A stretch of DNA of 64,000 nucleotides from Octopus vulgaris (lineage: Eukaryota). Where the stretch lies: the NCBI GenBank assembly GCA_951406725.2, contig OX597814.1:83700001-83764000 (forward strand), in the 5' to 3' direction. Each line of letters begins with the position of its first letter. Position 1 is the first letter of the stretch. Shown here in pieces: positions 50,021 to 62,640 of this stretch. A model generated the notes under the pieces. The model saw nothing but the letters and a program-made list of their open reading frames with translations, searched no databases and was not told the DNA's origin. A program made the translations under genes and the position numbers.

Positions 50021-52954
50021 AGAATAGGATACCTAAATAAATATTCTTTTTTCAATCAGCTTTACTTATGGGATGAAAATGGGCATTGTAGGCAGAGAGA
50101 AATAGAAGTGTAATAACTTCAAACAAATAAAAACGCTTGCAGAAAGAAATGTATCAAATTCATATCAGAATAAATGAAAGAAATATGAGTTCAAACAAAT
50201 AAAAATGCTTAGACAGACAGAGAAAAAAATCTGAACCCCTTTTTTTTTTTTTTGTAGCCAAACTCACAAAATGAAACTAATATGAGTGAAAGAAGGATGT
50301 TTGTAAAAAGAAAGTGTTTTCGAAAGAAATCGAAAAAATACGAGTTAAATAAGAATACTTGTAGAAATAAAGTGTTTTTAAAAGAAAACCCAAAGAAAGT
50401 GAAAGAAATAATGTTGTAAGAAATGAAAATCTTATCTTGAAATCAGGAGCTGTTGCTTTACATTGCAATGACATGTAATGTTATTGTTACTGCAACCTTT
50501 GGTGGTTTTATGAAGAGAGAAAGAAAAGGGCAAGAAATCCCTGTTCACTGTTTCCTTGAAATTTTGTGAATGAAAAAACTTGCTTTATCAGTCACATCGA
50601 TCCTTCTATTCGCATGCCTGTCCTGATCTTGGGTAAATATTTTGTAAAGGACCTGTTCGCACTTCAGTATGAAATAATTTTTTCCACAGGTTTTTTTGAG
50701 TGCATTCGACGTATCTCACCTCCAAACCCACCACAAGCCACTTTCTTCTGGACAAGAAAGGGAGGAAGGGTTGTGGGGACCTTGGAGTTTTCCGGGAAAC
50801 TCTGAGTTTCCCATCAACAGTTTTGTTTCATGGGCTTTTTTTTCTTTTCCAGGTTATTTTGCATGCTTTCAACAAATGTGACATTGAAATCATGTGTAAA
50901 GGGCTCCTTTCTCCAGAAAAGGAAAGATTTGGCTGCTATTTCTTGCATGCCCTCCTACCATGTAACAGGTATTTTGGGTCCTTTATCGCAAATAGCTGTT
51001 ACATGGTAGGTGGGGGTATTAGAAATAGCAGCTAAATCTTTGGAGGTGAGAGACATTAAATGTACTCAGAAGTAGCCTATGGTAAAAAACTATTTCATAC
51101 CGAGGTTATGAACAGCTCTTTTATGAAATATTGACCATATTTTTAAAGTCATTTTCACTTTAAAATATTTTGCCCATCATAATGTGTCTAATGGAAAGGT
51201 TATAGTTTCTTCCCTTTTAGGGTTAAGTTATTTTCGGAGTATTTTCCCATTATGCACCTTTTGGGGTATTTATACCACCACAACCCCAAATATCTTGAGA
51301 ACCACTGGTCTGATTTACATGAAACTTCCTTTATTCTGTTTGTTTTCACATTTCGCGGGTACTTTACTTTCAAAGTATTTTCATATTTGCTGATGTTTCT
51401 ACACCCAACACAATTCTTAGATAACATTTTTTTTTATTATTCATGAGCTTTTAAGAGTGCATTATGGTGCTTTTATCCTAACACATACTCACACACACAT
51501 ATATATATACGTACAAGCATACATATACATATATATATATATGGCACAGACATGACAGTGTGGTTAATTACTATGTGGCACTTTGAGCTCATGTCTCTTA
51601 TAGCCAAACAAAGCCTTGTAAGTGGATATGGTAAACAGAAACTGAAAGAAGCATGTCATAATTGTGTCTTGTGAGTTGATGTCTTGTCTTGACATCGCAT
51701 AATTGTTATAAATAAGCATCACTGTCACACATGTGATTGCCTTCATTTCTAGTCCTCCACAAGAACATTTTCAACCATGGAAAAATATTACCTTGGAAAC
51801 AAGTGAAGATTGTTAGCCAGAAGGGCATCTGGCTATAAAAAAGAAAATCTGCCTCATCAAATTCCATCCAACCCATCCAAGCATGTAAAATTGGACATTA
51901 AAATGATTATGATGACATTATACAATAAATTTTAAGTAGTGATGAAAGTTTGGATATATAATATATTTTTGCCCCTTTTGTACCTGCTAAGACTCCCATT
52001 GTTCCTGTTGTATATTTGATACCCACTTATTTCTGTCACCCTTTCTCCTCTTAACTGCATTGTGCCACCTGTGTAATGAGGAAATACTTTAGCTCTGTTC
52101 AGATGCAATCCCTCCATCACCATCTGTACTTTCTTACCTCTCTCTCCTTCCCAGGATACTGCTTGAGTTTTGAGGGATTGCACTGGATCTGTTGGTATCT
52201 GATAAACCCCTCCATTTATCCTCTTGTACAGTCAGTCATCATTCTCTCTCTCAGATCACGTCTCCATTGACATCACTTTCTTACCATTGCAATCTTGATT
52301 ATCACTTGCAATTTTTTCTCTTGCAGTAAACATTTTTATGCTTCTCATTGTTACTTACCCTTCTCTCATTCCAGATTTCATTATTGATATTTATTACTCT
52401 TTTTGCATCTGACAATCCATCACTTTCTCACTCTTGCCAATAAACATGTTGGTTCCATTAGTCTCTCTCTCTGTCCCCACCATTATTTGCTATTCCTCAC
52501 ATTTCTCCCTTCTCTTCTACACTATCACTTTAATCAATTCAAACTCCTCTCCATCTCACTTTGGTTCATCATCTGCAGTTATCTTATTGGATCACAGTAC
52601 CTAGAATAAATGGTGACAACATAGAACAATAAAAACTCTGTTGTCTTTTTATGATATAAGACAACCTCACAAGTGCTGGTGGCACCTAGTACATTCAGTT
52701 AAGTAGTTGCTTAATTAGTTAAGAAAATGTAGTTGAGAAGACACTTTTGTCTTGTTTTGGTGAGGTCATCATGACAATCCTTCTGGTGCTGCAGTAAAAT
52801 GCACCCAGTACATTTTGTAAAGTAGTTGGTGTTAGTAAAGGCATTCAATCATAGTAGAAGCCAAGCCAAAAATAAAATGTATGAGATGTAGTCTTCCAAC
52901 ACATCTAGTAAGACAATAACTTCATAACAACCATCAAGATGAAAACTTATTTTA

Positions 52955-52986
<32 letters not shown>

Positions 52987-53263
52987 TGTGTGTGTGTATC
53001 TGTGTGAGATAGGGAGAGTGTGTGTTATGTTTAAAAAAAGATCAGACAGCAAATACATACATAAGATGAGATAGATAGATAGATCTCTGTGTGTGTGGGA
53101 GGGCTAGCTTGTAGTTGTATTGTCGCAAAAAAATGTATGTATATATATATGTACATGTGTGTCTGTGTGTGTATTTCTCATATACCTAGAGGCTATTAAA
53201 ACTTAAGTGAATAATATGTTAATTTTCCTCTTTTTTCTTTCTTTGCTCATGGTCTGTTTCTAG

Positions 53264-53316
53264 TAAAATTGACAGATACTTTTAGGGAGCCGAACAAGAT
53301 ATTGTATAGACGCAAG
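53264..53316 (+). CDS. Candidate 53-nt host-gene microexon (xKLTDTFREPNKILYRRK), gene unknown
   Basis: Long pyrimidine tract (53223-53260) plus TTCTAG acceptor; AAG|GTCAGA donor. Only one of three frames is open. Two CpGs retained in CpG-poor unique sequence. Confidence 0.4.
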
Positions 53317-54038
53317 GTCAGAATGGTGATCTTTATTTTATTTTTATTTTTTGCTTTTCTTCCCTCTAAGTTGTCAAAACAACATTAATAATATGCTAGG
53401 CCCAACTGTACCCCCATCCCCATTTAGCCATGCATCTAGACACAACCAAAGTATGACTCTCCTATTACATTAATTTAAAACAACTACCACTTGAAGACCA
53501 CCTTCATGTAGTAATATCTAGAGTAAGTCAAGCTGACATTTGTGTGAAACATATATTGCAATTAAGACACTCAATTATACATTGTCAGTTTTTATAGAAG
53601 TGAGCTGTACTTAGAAATGCTTATAATTAGGCAGACTTGATCATTTAATCACAGAGCTAGGTGATAAGATAAGAATAATCAACTCTTTGATTAGCCATCA
53701 AAACAACCTGGCCATATGAAGGTTTTTATGCCAAACTAGATTAGGTTTTTTTTTTTTTTTTTAAGAAGAGAGCTGAGGAGTGGATGAAATGCAGAGTGCT
53801 TTACTGCATTTACTTTCATTTTTCCTGTTATAGTTCACATCCAGTCAAGGTCAATTTTCCTGCCATCTCTCTCAAATCATGCAGTAAAGCACTCCCCATT
53901 TCATCCACTCCTCAGTGAAGTCACTACACAACAGAATAGCAATTGTTTCGTTTTAGCTTTTACTGCTTATACTAAACACGTGACATTTTTGCCTTACAAT
54001 ATGGAACATTTCCTTTTCTTTCACTCTTTTTAAAAAAT

Positions 54039-54372
54039 GGCACTCCATTACTAACAATGATAAGGTTCCTGTTTATCTGATCAACAGAACAGTCTGCTTG
54101 TAAAATTAATGCACAAGTGGCTGAGTACTCCACAGACATGCATGCCATTAACATAGTTCTCAGGGAGATTCAGCCTCACACAGAATATAATAAGGCTGGC
54201 CCTTTTCAATTACAGCTCATTTCAATTACAACTCATTTTTGTTACCCGAGTGGACTGCAGCAAGGTGAAGTAACATGCCTTGCTCAAGAACACATTGCAC
54301 CGCAGGGAATCATACTCATGATCTTATGATCGTCGGCGGAATACTCCTAACCGCTAAGCAACGCACCTTCAC
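54039..54372 (-). mobile_element. SINE family C, full length
   Basis: Minus-strand head gtgaaggtgcgttgcttagcggttagg (tRNA-like A box), then gtgttcttgagcaaggca core. Body shared with 21055-21282. Confidence 0.8.
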
Positions 54373-54872
54373 TCTCTTAACCGTAGAGAAAAGGAGTGAA
54401 ACGATAGAGAGAGGGAAAGGAAAGTCATGGTCGTCCAAATGACAATTAGACTGAAATATGATTGATCTTTTCTAGCGTCTTTACTTTTAACATTGAAGAA
54501 GAGGGAAAGAGATTTAGTAATGAATAGAGGGAAAGTCTTTTAGATGTTCAGATTTTTGTTCTGGAAATTCTAGAAGGATTGAGTGTTAGTTTGCTCTTTT
54601 TTCCCCCACCCCCTGTACTTATTCACCTTGTTTGGTAATTCATGTCTTTTAGTTGGGGGCAAAGACCGTTTTTTTTTTGTTTTTCAGGCATGTTTAATGC
54701 TTTCTCTACAAACTACAAACAAGCCCTGCTCCCTTCCTTTTTTTTTTTTTTTTCATACAAAAACTAATGCAAACTGCAAATGGGGTGTAACTGTGAAAAG
54801 AGCCCAGAAAAATGGGTTGGGAAGAAAAGTTGCCGACTGGTGGTTACACAAAATTCAACTCTATACTTTATA

Positions 54873-55185
54873 GAGTGTCTTTTACTATAGCCTCGGGCTG
54901 ATTAAAGCCTTGTGAGTGGATTTGGTAGACGGAAACTGAAAGAAACCCATCGTATATATCTGTGTGTGTGTCTGTGTGTTTGTATCTGTATTTGTCTCCC
55001 CTCCACCATTGCTTAACAACCAATGTTGTTATGTTTGTATCCTTGTAACTTAGTGGTTCAGCAGAAGAGACTGATAGAATAAGTACCAGGCTTACAGAGA
55101 ATAAGTCCAGGAGTTGATTTCTTCAACTAAAGGGTGGTGCTCCAGCATGGCCACAGTCAAATGGCTGAAATTTGTAAAAGAATAT
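54873..55185 (+). mobile_element. SINE family A, 5'-truncated
   Basis: Colinear with 43040-43335. Confidence 0.88.
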
Positions 55186-56364
55186 CAGGAGAACATTCTG
55201 TACCACTAAACCAAGAAGGTTCTTTGAATACGTATGTTGTATTTTAAGGCTAAAAAGTAATTCTGTTTATATTTGCATAACTGAGATATTTTGGTTGGAT
55301 TATAAGTTATCAGTTTTACACTTCTTTCTATATTCTGTAAGTGTTACAATATAGAAACATTTCTTATGGCACCAGCAAACAATTTACAGATGCTTACATT
55401 TTTCATGTTTTCTGTGAAGTTTTCATGGGTCCAGCTAGTAGTAGTAGTTGTAGTAATCATAATAATAATAGTAATAATAATAATAATAATTCTAACAATA
55501 ATAATAGTAATAATAAAATCATCATTACTCTTCAAATGTTGTGGGGTGGATGAAACTGATTGAGTGTCTTGTAGGTTTTTATTTATTTATTTTTTCTTGT
55601 GGGTGTGTGGTTTGTCCCTCTATCCTCTGAGTTCAAATCTATTGAAGTCAAATTTCTCATTGCTCAACCCAAGAATTAATAAAATAAGTATAAGCATGTC
55701 CTGGAGTCATTTCAACTGACAGTAGGTAATTTAGAGTAAACATAATTGATGCATAGAGTATTAAAAAACATAACTAGGAATAAATAAGTTGAGAGAAAAC
55801 AATATTTCGGAGGAATTATTGTTAGACCTGATAAAGTAGACCTATGATCAAAAGCATTTCCTCCATAAACATCCTGACTCTTCTTTTTCAAATATAGTGT
55901 TGTCATCATCATCATCATCATCATCATTTTCTATTTACTTGTTCATGCTTGCACGAGTCAGATGGAATTTGTTGAGGCAGATTTTCTATGGTTGGATGTC
56001 TTTCCTGTTGCTAAATCTCACCTGCTTCCGAACAAGTTAATAGGGTTTAATTTGAGGGAAAGTTGAGTGACTACATAGAAACTATCTCTTCAGTAATGCA
56101 TGTGAAAACTTTATGGTTGAATAGTTAATTTTAAACTTCTAGCATTTACATAAAGCAGATGCTTCAGTTACTGAGGCAGTTCTCTCAAAAACCACTTACT
56201 TTATTGCTCCACTGGATGTCTCAAAGTAGAAACAGGATGGAAAACTATTTTCTTAACACCAACCACATGCACATTAGATATTAATATTTGTTTCCATACT
56301 CCTTTTTAGTCCTCTACTATAACCAAGTCACCTGTAGTTAAGATATCAACTACTTTATAAGGCA

Positions 56365-57432
56365 TGTTATCTAAAATGTACCACAAATGTTCAATAATAT
56401 TGAGATCTGGGGACTGTGGTGGCCAGATAAGATGTTCAACTTCACTAGAATGTTCCTCATACTATTCAGTAACAACTTTAGCTGTGTGAATTGGTACATT
56501 ATCATCCTCAAAGATTGCGTTTCCCTCCAGAAATAGTTCCACAACCATAGGATGAATTTGATCAGATAAAATGCTTAAATAGTCTTGACTATTAATTCTG
56601 CCATGAAGGGAAACCATTGGGCCTGCAGATTTCTAAGATATACCCCCCCCCCCCAATCACAGATCTTCCTCTATGTTTAACAGTTGGAAGAAGGCAGTCT
56701 AGGTCAAATGCTTCTTTTGGCTGTCTTCACACGTATACTCAGCCTGTGGTCGGAAATAAAGTAAAGGATGACTCGTCCAAGAAAATAACATTCTTCCACT
56801 GCTCTAGGGACCAACTCTGTAGGTTTTTTTTTTTTACTCCACTCTAAACACTTTGCAACGTTTGTATTTGAAAGTAGTGGTTTTCTGATTGAAGCCCTCC
56901 CATGAAATCTGGCTTTGTGCAGCTCATGGCGAGCAGTTTTTGAGGAAACTGGGTTCTCAAGGTGGACATTAAGCTCTGCAGTAATTTTGGGAGCTGTACT
57001 TTTGTGATCCTTTCTAACAATCTGTGTAAGAGTCCAACGGTCCTTATCTGAAAGTTTTGGTTTTCTTCCGGAGTTTTGTTTTGACGAGGAGGCTTTTCCC
57101 TCTTTCTCAAAGGCTGTCATTACTTTTGAGACAGTACTTCTTGATAGAGCAAACATTTTGGCTGTTTTCGTTACGCTAGCACCTGCTATATGAGCACCAA
57201 CAATTTGACCACTTTGAAAGTCCAATAGATCTGTCATTTTAATGAATTTTAATTACCTTTTTCTGATGATATCTGAAAAGAAACAGCAATTTTAGCAAAA
57301 TATATTAAACAACACTAATAATAAATCAAAAAACTTTAAAATAAACAAGCTTTTGACAATTTTATAGATATTTAAAAATTATGATGCTATGATTCTAGGT
57401 GTTTCCATTATCAGTGTAATGTCCAACGCCTG
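56365..57432 (-). mobile_element. Tc1 (DD34E) transposon, 3'-truncated, frameshifted transposase starting at 57237
   Basis: MTDLLDFQSGQIVGA..GRKPKL..RKPLLS; WKNVIFLDES; IFEDDNVPIHTAK; WPPQSPDLNIIEHLW. TIR CAGGCGTTGGACA..ATAATGGAAACACC at 57432. Confidence 0.93.
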
Positions 57433-57718
57433 TGTGTATATATATATATATATATATGTGCTTTTGGTGCAAATGGTTTTGTTATACAGCGCCCTGTTTT
57501 ACAATCCTGTAAATAATAATAATAGTATTTGTATAAGCCTCAAATTTATAGTGATCACCGTACAATGACTAAAAAAATAGTCTAATAATGGGGCATATAA
57601 CTCCTTGACAGAAAAAAGTAGGCTTTCCACATGCATACACACTGGTAGATACATAAGTGCAAAACAAGATTGAAAAAATAGGGTAGAGTAGTGAATATTT
57701 TGCAGTTTTTATTATGAA

Positions 57719-57769
<51 letters not shown>

Positions 57770-58094
57770 GATAGTAATATAATGATAAGAGTAAATAATT
57801 TCTATAAAGGCTTTTAAAAAAAACCCAATTATTTACTGGTAGAATTCGGTATGTAAATATAGCCGATTACCGGCAGGAACGTCTGTAAAGTTCAGTATAT
57901 ATATTGTATATAAGAAAAAGGGACAGGCAAAACAGGTTGCTTGACCGCATACCGAAAAAATAGAAATAGCAGTCAAGAATGCTTATTTCTATCAAAGTTG
58001 GACTCCGGGCATGACAGACCCTGTAATTCACATATGCAAACAGACTTCGTATTCGTTATCTATATATATGTAGATAGATAGATAGATAGATATA

Positions 58095-59563
58095 CCGAAA
58101 AACTCATGTAATTTGCGCACCTGTGTAATTTACACAGGTGATTTTCAGGATAAAATTTATTAAAAAAAAACAGCTTCTTCTCGTATAAAATTCACATCCA
58201 AAAGTTTTGAGAATTGCCAATATGGCCAGAGGAAAAAGGTTCACAATTTAGTTGTCTTTAGCATAATTTCACCTACTTATGATTAGATTTTATTAAATTT
58301 TCACTAAATAAAAAGAATTTCTGGTTAACGGGTATCACATTAAAAGCTATTAAATTACCAAGTGTTTGTGTTGTCTATATAAATAAAATTGGTTTTGCGG
58401 GGACTGACACATGTCAGTCCATTGTACTTGCTTGGTATACCCTCCTTTTCCTCCCTTATAAAACTGACAATGTCAGTTTGCTTTAGCCACTCAGTATACT
58501 CTGCTCCTCCCTCAACATTAGCATTCCAATAATAAAGATAAATAAATGAAAAATGTTACACTGATATTGTGTGTGTTTGTGTGTGCACACATGCATGTAC
58601 CTGTATGAGACTGTGTTTGTGTGTCTCCACATAACTGGAAATAACTGAAGTATTATTCTGCTAATTGTGAGCATGTATATATGATATAATGATGGAAATT
58701 GTGATATACAGTGCTCAGGTGCACTACAACTGAAAAAAAAAGCCATCAGATATACTGTTGGTGGATTTCAGGAAGCATGAAAGTTTTGAAGGATGTAGTA
58801 TCTCAAGAGCTAACAACTGATGTGGTTAGTTTATTCTATGCTTCAGCAATTCTGAGCATGTAAAAAATGTTTCTGAAAGTCATGGGGGCTGTGTTGTTTT
58901 TTGATTTTATACGCATGTCCATGAGTGTTTGTCATATGGAATTCAAAAAGGTGTCCAAGGTTGTTGTTGGAAAGATGGTGGATAATCTTGTTTATAATAA
59001 ACTTTATTTTACACTTCTTGCCCACAAGAGTTTATGTCCAGTCTTTAGCCTACTGCTGTATGTTTTCTCAAACCATGATCACAGGAAAAGTTGTTGATAA
59101 GAATTATCAACAAAAACAAAACTGATAAATATACACAGGCATTGCAAATTAAATTTACTTACCAATAAACATCAGCTTGGATGACACTTTACTCAACTGA
59201 GTAAAATGTGTAAAATATGGCCTGGACCATAATTACCAGCATGTACGTCAGACTTCAAAAAGTAGTTAACCATTTAATGGTTTTAGTAAATTCATACAGA
59301 AAAAGTAAGGATTATACTGTCCAACATAAATAAAAGTAAATTTCATTATATTTAAGCCCTTATTTTTTCTGTAAAAACCTATTCTGACATTAAATGAATC
59401 AACTTCTGGTATGAAAGTTTACATTTTGTATGTCTTTTTTTCAACAAAGAAAATTTCTAAAAGAATTCTGGAAACAATCTACTCGTGTAATTTATGTACC
59501 CACTAAAGTTTATTTTTATTTTTGCAAAAAAAAAATGTGCATAAATTACATGGGTTTTTACAG
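58095..59563. mobile_element. Non-autonomous pogo/Tc2-like DNA transposon with TA TSDs
   Basis: TA|CCGAAAAACTCATGTAATTTGCGCAC and GTGCATAAATTACATGGGTTTTTACAG|TA, with sub-terminal GTGTAATTTA repeats at both ends. Confidence 0.75.
58685..58992 (-). mobile_element. CR1-type LINE 3' end nested in the DNA transposon
   Basis: KIIHHL..LFEF..NTHGHAYKIKKQ...QKHF resembles the CR1 C-terminal TRGH..K...R..FF motif. Confidence 0.75.
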
Positions 59564-60389
59564 TATATATGACAGGCTTCCAAACAGTTTCTTAACAAAT
59601 TTCACTCACAAGGCTTTGGTTGGATTGGAGCTATAGTAGAAAACATTTGTCCAAGATGCTGTGTAGCAGAACTGAACTTAAAACCATGTGGTTGCAAAGT
59701 GAGCAACTTAATTACACAACTATGCCTGTACCTAGAAAATCTAGAATTTTTAATACTTATTTTTAAAATAATCTTTGTTTTGAATTAAAAGAAATATATG
59801 TTCAAAACTACAATTATCTATTTTTTTGTTACTGGTTTTGTCTCCTGAAATTAAACAGAAAATCAGAAAAGTCCTAGAATGTGTTTTTATTTTTTTATCA
59901 TTGTTACCTAACTTTCTTTTTAAATCAAACTTACAATCTAGAATGTTCTAGAAATTTAGTACATGTTCAATTAAACTTGTCAAATCATTCATCAGTAACT
60001 GTTCTAGTTTGCAGAGATCAATTCCTACAGCTATTTACTTCATCTTAGCAACTGCTGTTTATGGTGCCAGGTGTCTTGTATATACTTACTTTACTATGCA
60101 TAATCAATAGAACTATTTGAATTTTTTTTTATGTTTTGTAACTATCTGCAATTTTTGATGTTACTTAATGCAGCATGAATGTATTATCAATTGTAGTTAC
60201 TTATACTTTGTACTTGCAAGATCACAGATTCCGTCTTTTATCTTTTATTTGTGTCAGTCATTGGGCTGTGGCCATGCTAGAGCAAGGTGTTGAAGTGTTT
60301 TAGTTAATGAATTGACCCCAATACTTATTTTTCTAAAACTTGGTACTTATTTTATTGGTAAACAAACCAACACCTACTGTTAAGTGCTG

Positions 60390-61118
60390 ATCATCATCAT
60401 CGTTAACGTTCGCTTTCCATGCTAGCATGGGTTGGATGGTTCAACTAGGGTCTGGGAAGCCAGGAGGCTGCACCAGGCCCAGTCTCATCTGGCAGTGTTT
60501 CTACAGCTGGATGCCCTTCCTAACGCCAACCACTCCATGAGTGTAGTGGGTGCTTTTTACATGCCAGATGAGGCTGGCAAACGGCCACGATCAGATGGTG
60601 CTTTATACATGCCACCAGCACAGAGGCCAGTTGGGGTGACACTGGCAACAGCCAATTTCAGATGGTTCTCTTACGTGCCACCGGCACTGGTATCACAGCT
60701 ACAATTTCCATTGATGCTGATCGATTTTGATTTTCACTTGCCTCAACAGGTCTTCACAAGTAGAGTTTTGTAAGAAGGAAAGGTATGCATAAGTGGACTG
60801 GCTAAACCCCAGGTAGAGGCCACGGGTTATGGTCTCACATGTCCTGCTGGGTCTTCCCACACACAGCATACTTCCAAAGGTCTCAGTCTCTAGTCATTTC
60901 CTCGGTGAGTTCAAAGGTCGTGCTTCACCACCTCATCCCAGGTTTTCCTAGGTCTACCTCTTCCACAGGTTCCCTCAACCGCTAGGGTGTGGCACTTTTT
61001 CACACAACTATCTTCATCCATTCTTGCCACATGACCATACCAGCGCAAACGTCTATCTTGCACACCACAACTGATGCTTCTTAGGTCCAGCTTTTCTCTC
61101 AAGGTACTTACGCTCTGT
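60390..61118 (-). mobile_element. RTE-clade LINE 3' end, best-preserved copy
   Basis: LREKLDLRSISCGVQDRRLRWYGHVARMDEDSCVKKC..GRGRPRKTWDEVVKHDL, then 3'UTR and (GAT)n tail. Confidence 0.95.
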
Positions 61119-61439
61119 TGAAACACAAGCACAAAGTTGCATACATGCACACACATATGTATATACATATGATGAGTTACTTTCAGTTTCCATCCACCAA
61201 ATCCACTTGCAAAGCTTCAGTCACTCTAAAGACACTTGCTCAAGGTGTCACACAGAGGGACTGAACCTAGAACCATGTGGATATGAAGTAAACTTCTTAC
61301 CACACAGCTATGCCTGCACCTGTATATGTATCATTATTTTCGTTACCATTTTTACATGTGTTTTCCCATGCTTGCTTGAGTTGGACTGGATAGGTCTCTT
61401 ATCTTTTGTCCTTCCATTTATTCATTAATTCATTTTTGA

Positions 61440-62640
61440 AAAGGAAGGGGTGCTTATTTAGGAGGAAATACAACTATCGTAGTCTTTGTAGGCTCTTTCA
61501 TAGTGTTTGATGTTCTGTAGGTCAAATTGTAGCTTCAATGAGGAATGATAGGACAAGGATTTTAAAATGAACTGTCCTAAATATCTGAGTCATACACCAT
61601 TGTGGATTGCACTTGAGTTTTGCATGGAGTCAGCATCTGATCAGGACTGACATATTTTCTGGGCCTTGAAGAGGAAACCTGGTCTTTGGAATGCAATTTT
61701 GGCAATGTTATGTTATATGTGAAGTTTCTGTGAAAGGTGATCAGTGATTGCGAACTCTAATGTTTGTAGTGATTTTGAGAGTTTTAGGTGTTTTGTTCAT
61801 GTATAGTGTCTAGTTCAACAAATGATATAGTAGCATTTCTACCTCAGTGCTGTGGAAGGAACTTAAATTCCATGCTTCTTATTAGAGGGAGCTTTCTGTC
61901 CTGGGAGGTAGTGTTTGACTGATAGACACCTTGGTTAGGTTTACATATTTACTGATATTTAGGGAGAATGAAGATGTAGTATTGTATGTATATAACTCTG
62001 TATGTGTGTGTGTTTCATGTAAAAACAGTAGGTCCTTAAAGTATAAAAAGAAGAATTGTGGAAACATAAGAGTACCTTGATGTATATCAAGGTTGACAGA
62101 ATATCAGTTAAACAAGGGTAGGTCAATACACACTGAAATGAATTGGTCTGACAGGAAACTTTGGATCTAAGGATTGGTAGATGTAGTGCATAGACCACCA
62201 AGTTAGTAGATAGGCTTTATATCAGATGCTACCAAAAGTTTTGCTGATTTCAAAAGTAAAAGCATTGCTTTTACAAAGTTCTCAAGAGCATGAAACTAGT
62301 ATGTGAATCAGAAGAGCAGACTTATAGTATATGTAACTGTATTAAAACAGTGCTGGTTGTAACTGAGAAGGAAGTGAAACTTAGTGCTGACCTGATCAAG
62401 CAAACTTCTGTTTGCAGTCATGATAGTTTCATCATCTTTCAGATATAGTATATCAAGGATTCCATTATGAGAATTAAGATTGTGGAAATGAGGGTTATAG
62501 ATTGCTCTTCTGGGATATATGGGACATACCATAACATGTTTCTGTACATTGGGATAAATCCCTGTAAAGAAAGATTGAAAAATTTGGAGAGAACATGAGC
62601 TCACTGTAAAGTGTACTATTTGAGAGTAAAGGAAGTGATA
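61440..62640 (-). mobile_element. Decayed CR1-Zenon-like LINE RT
   Basis: Minus strand LLSYNQHCF and IQSFLSDQFISVCID; similar to the 15780-17550 family. Confidence 0.55.
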
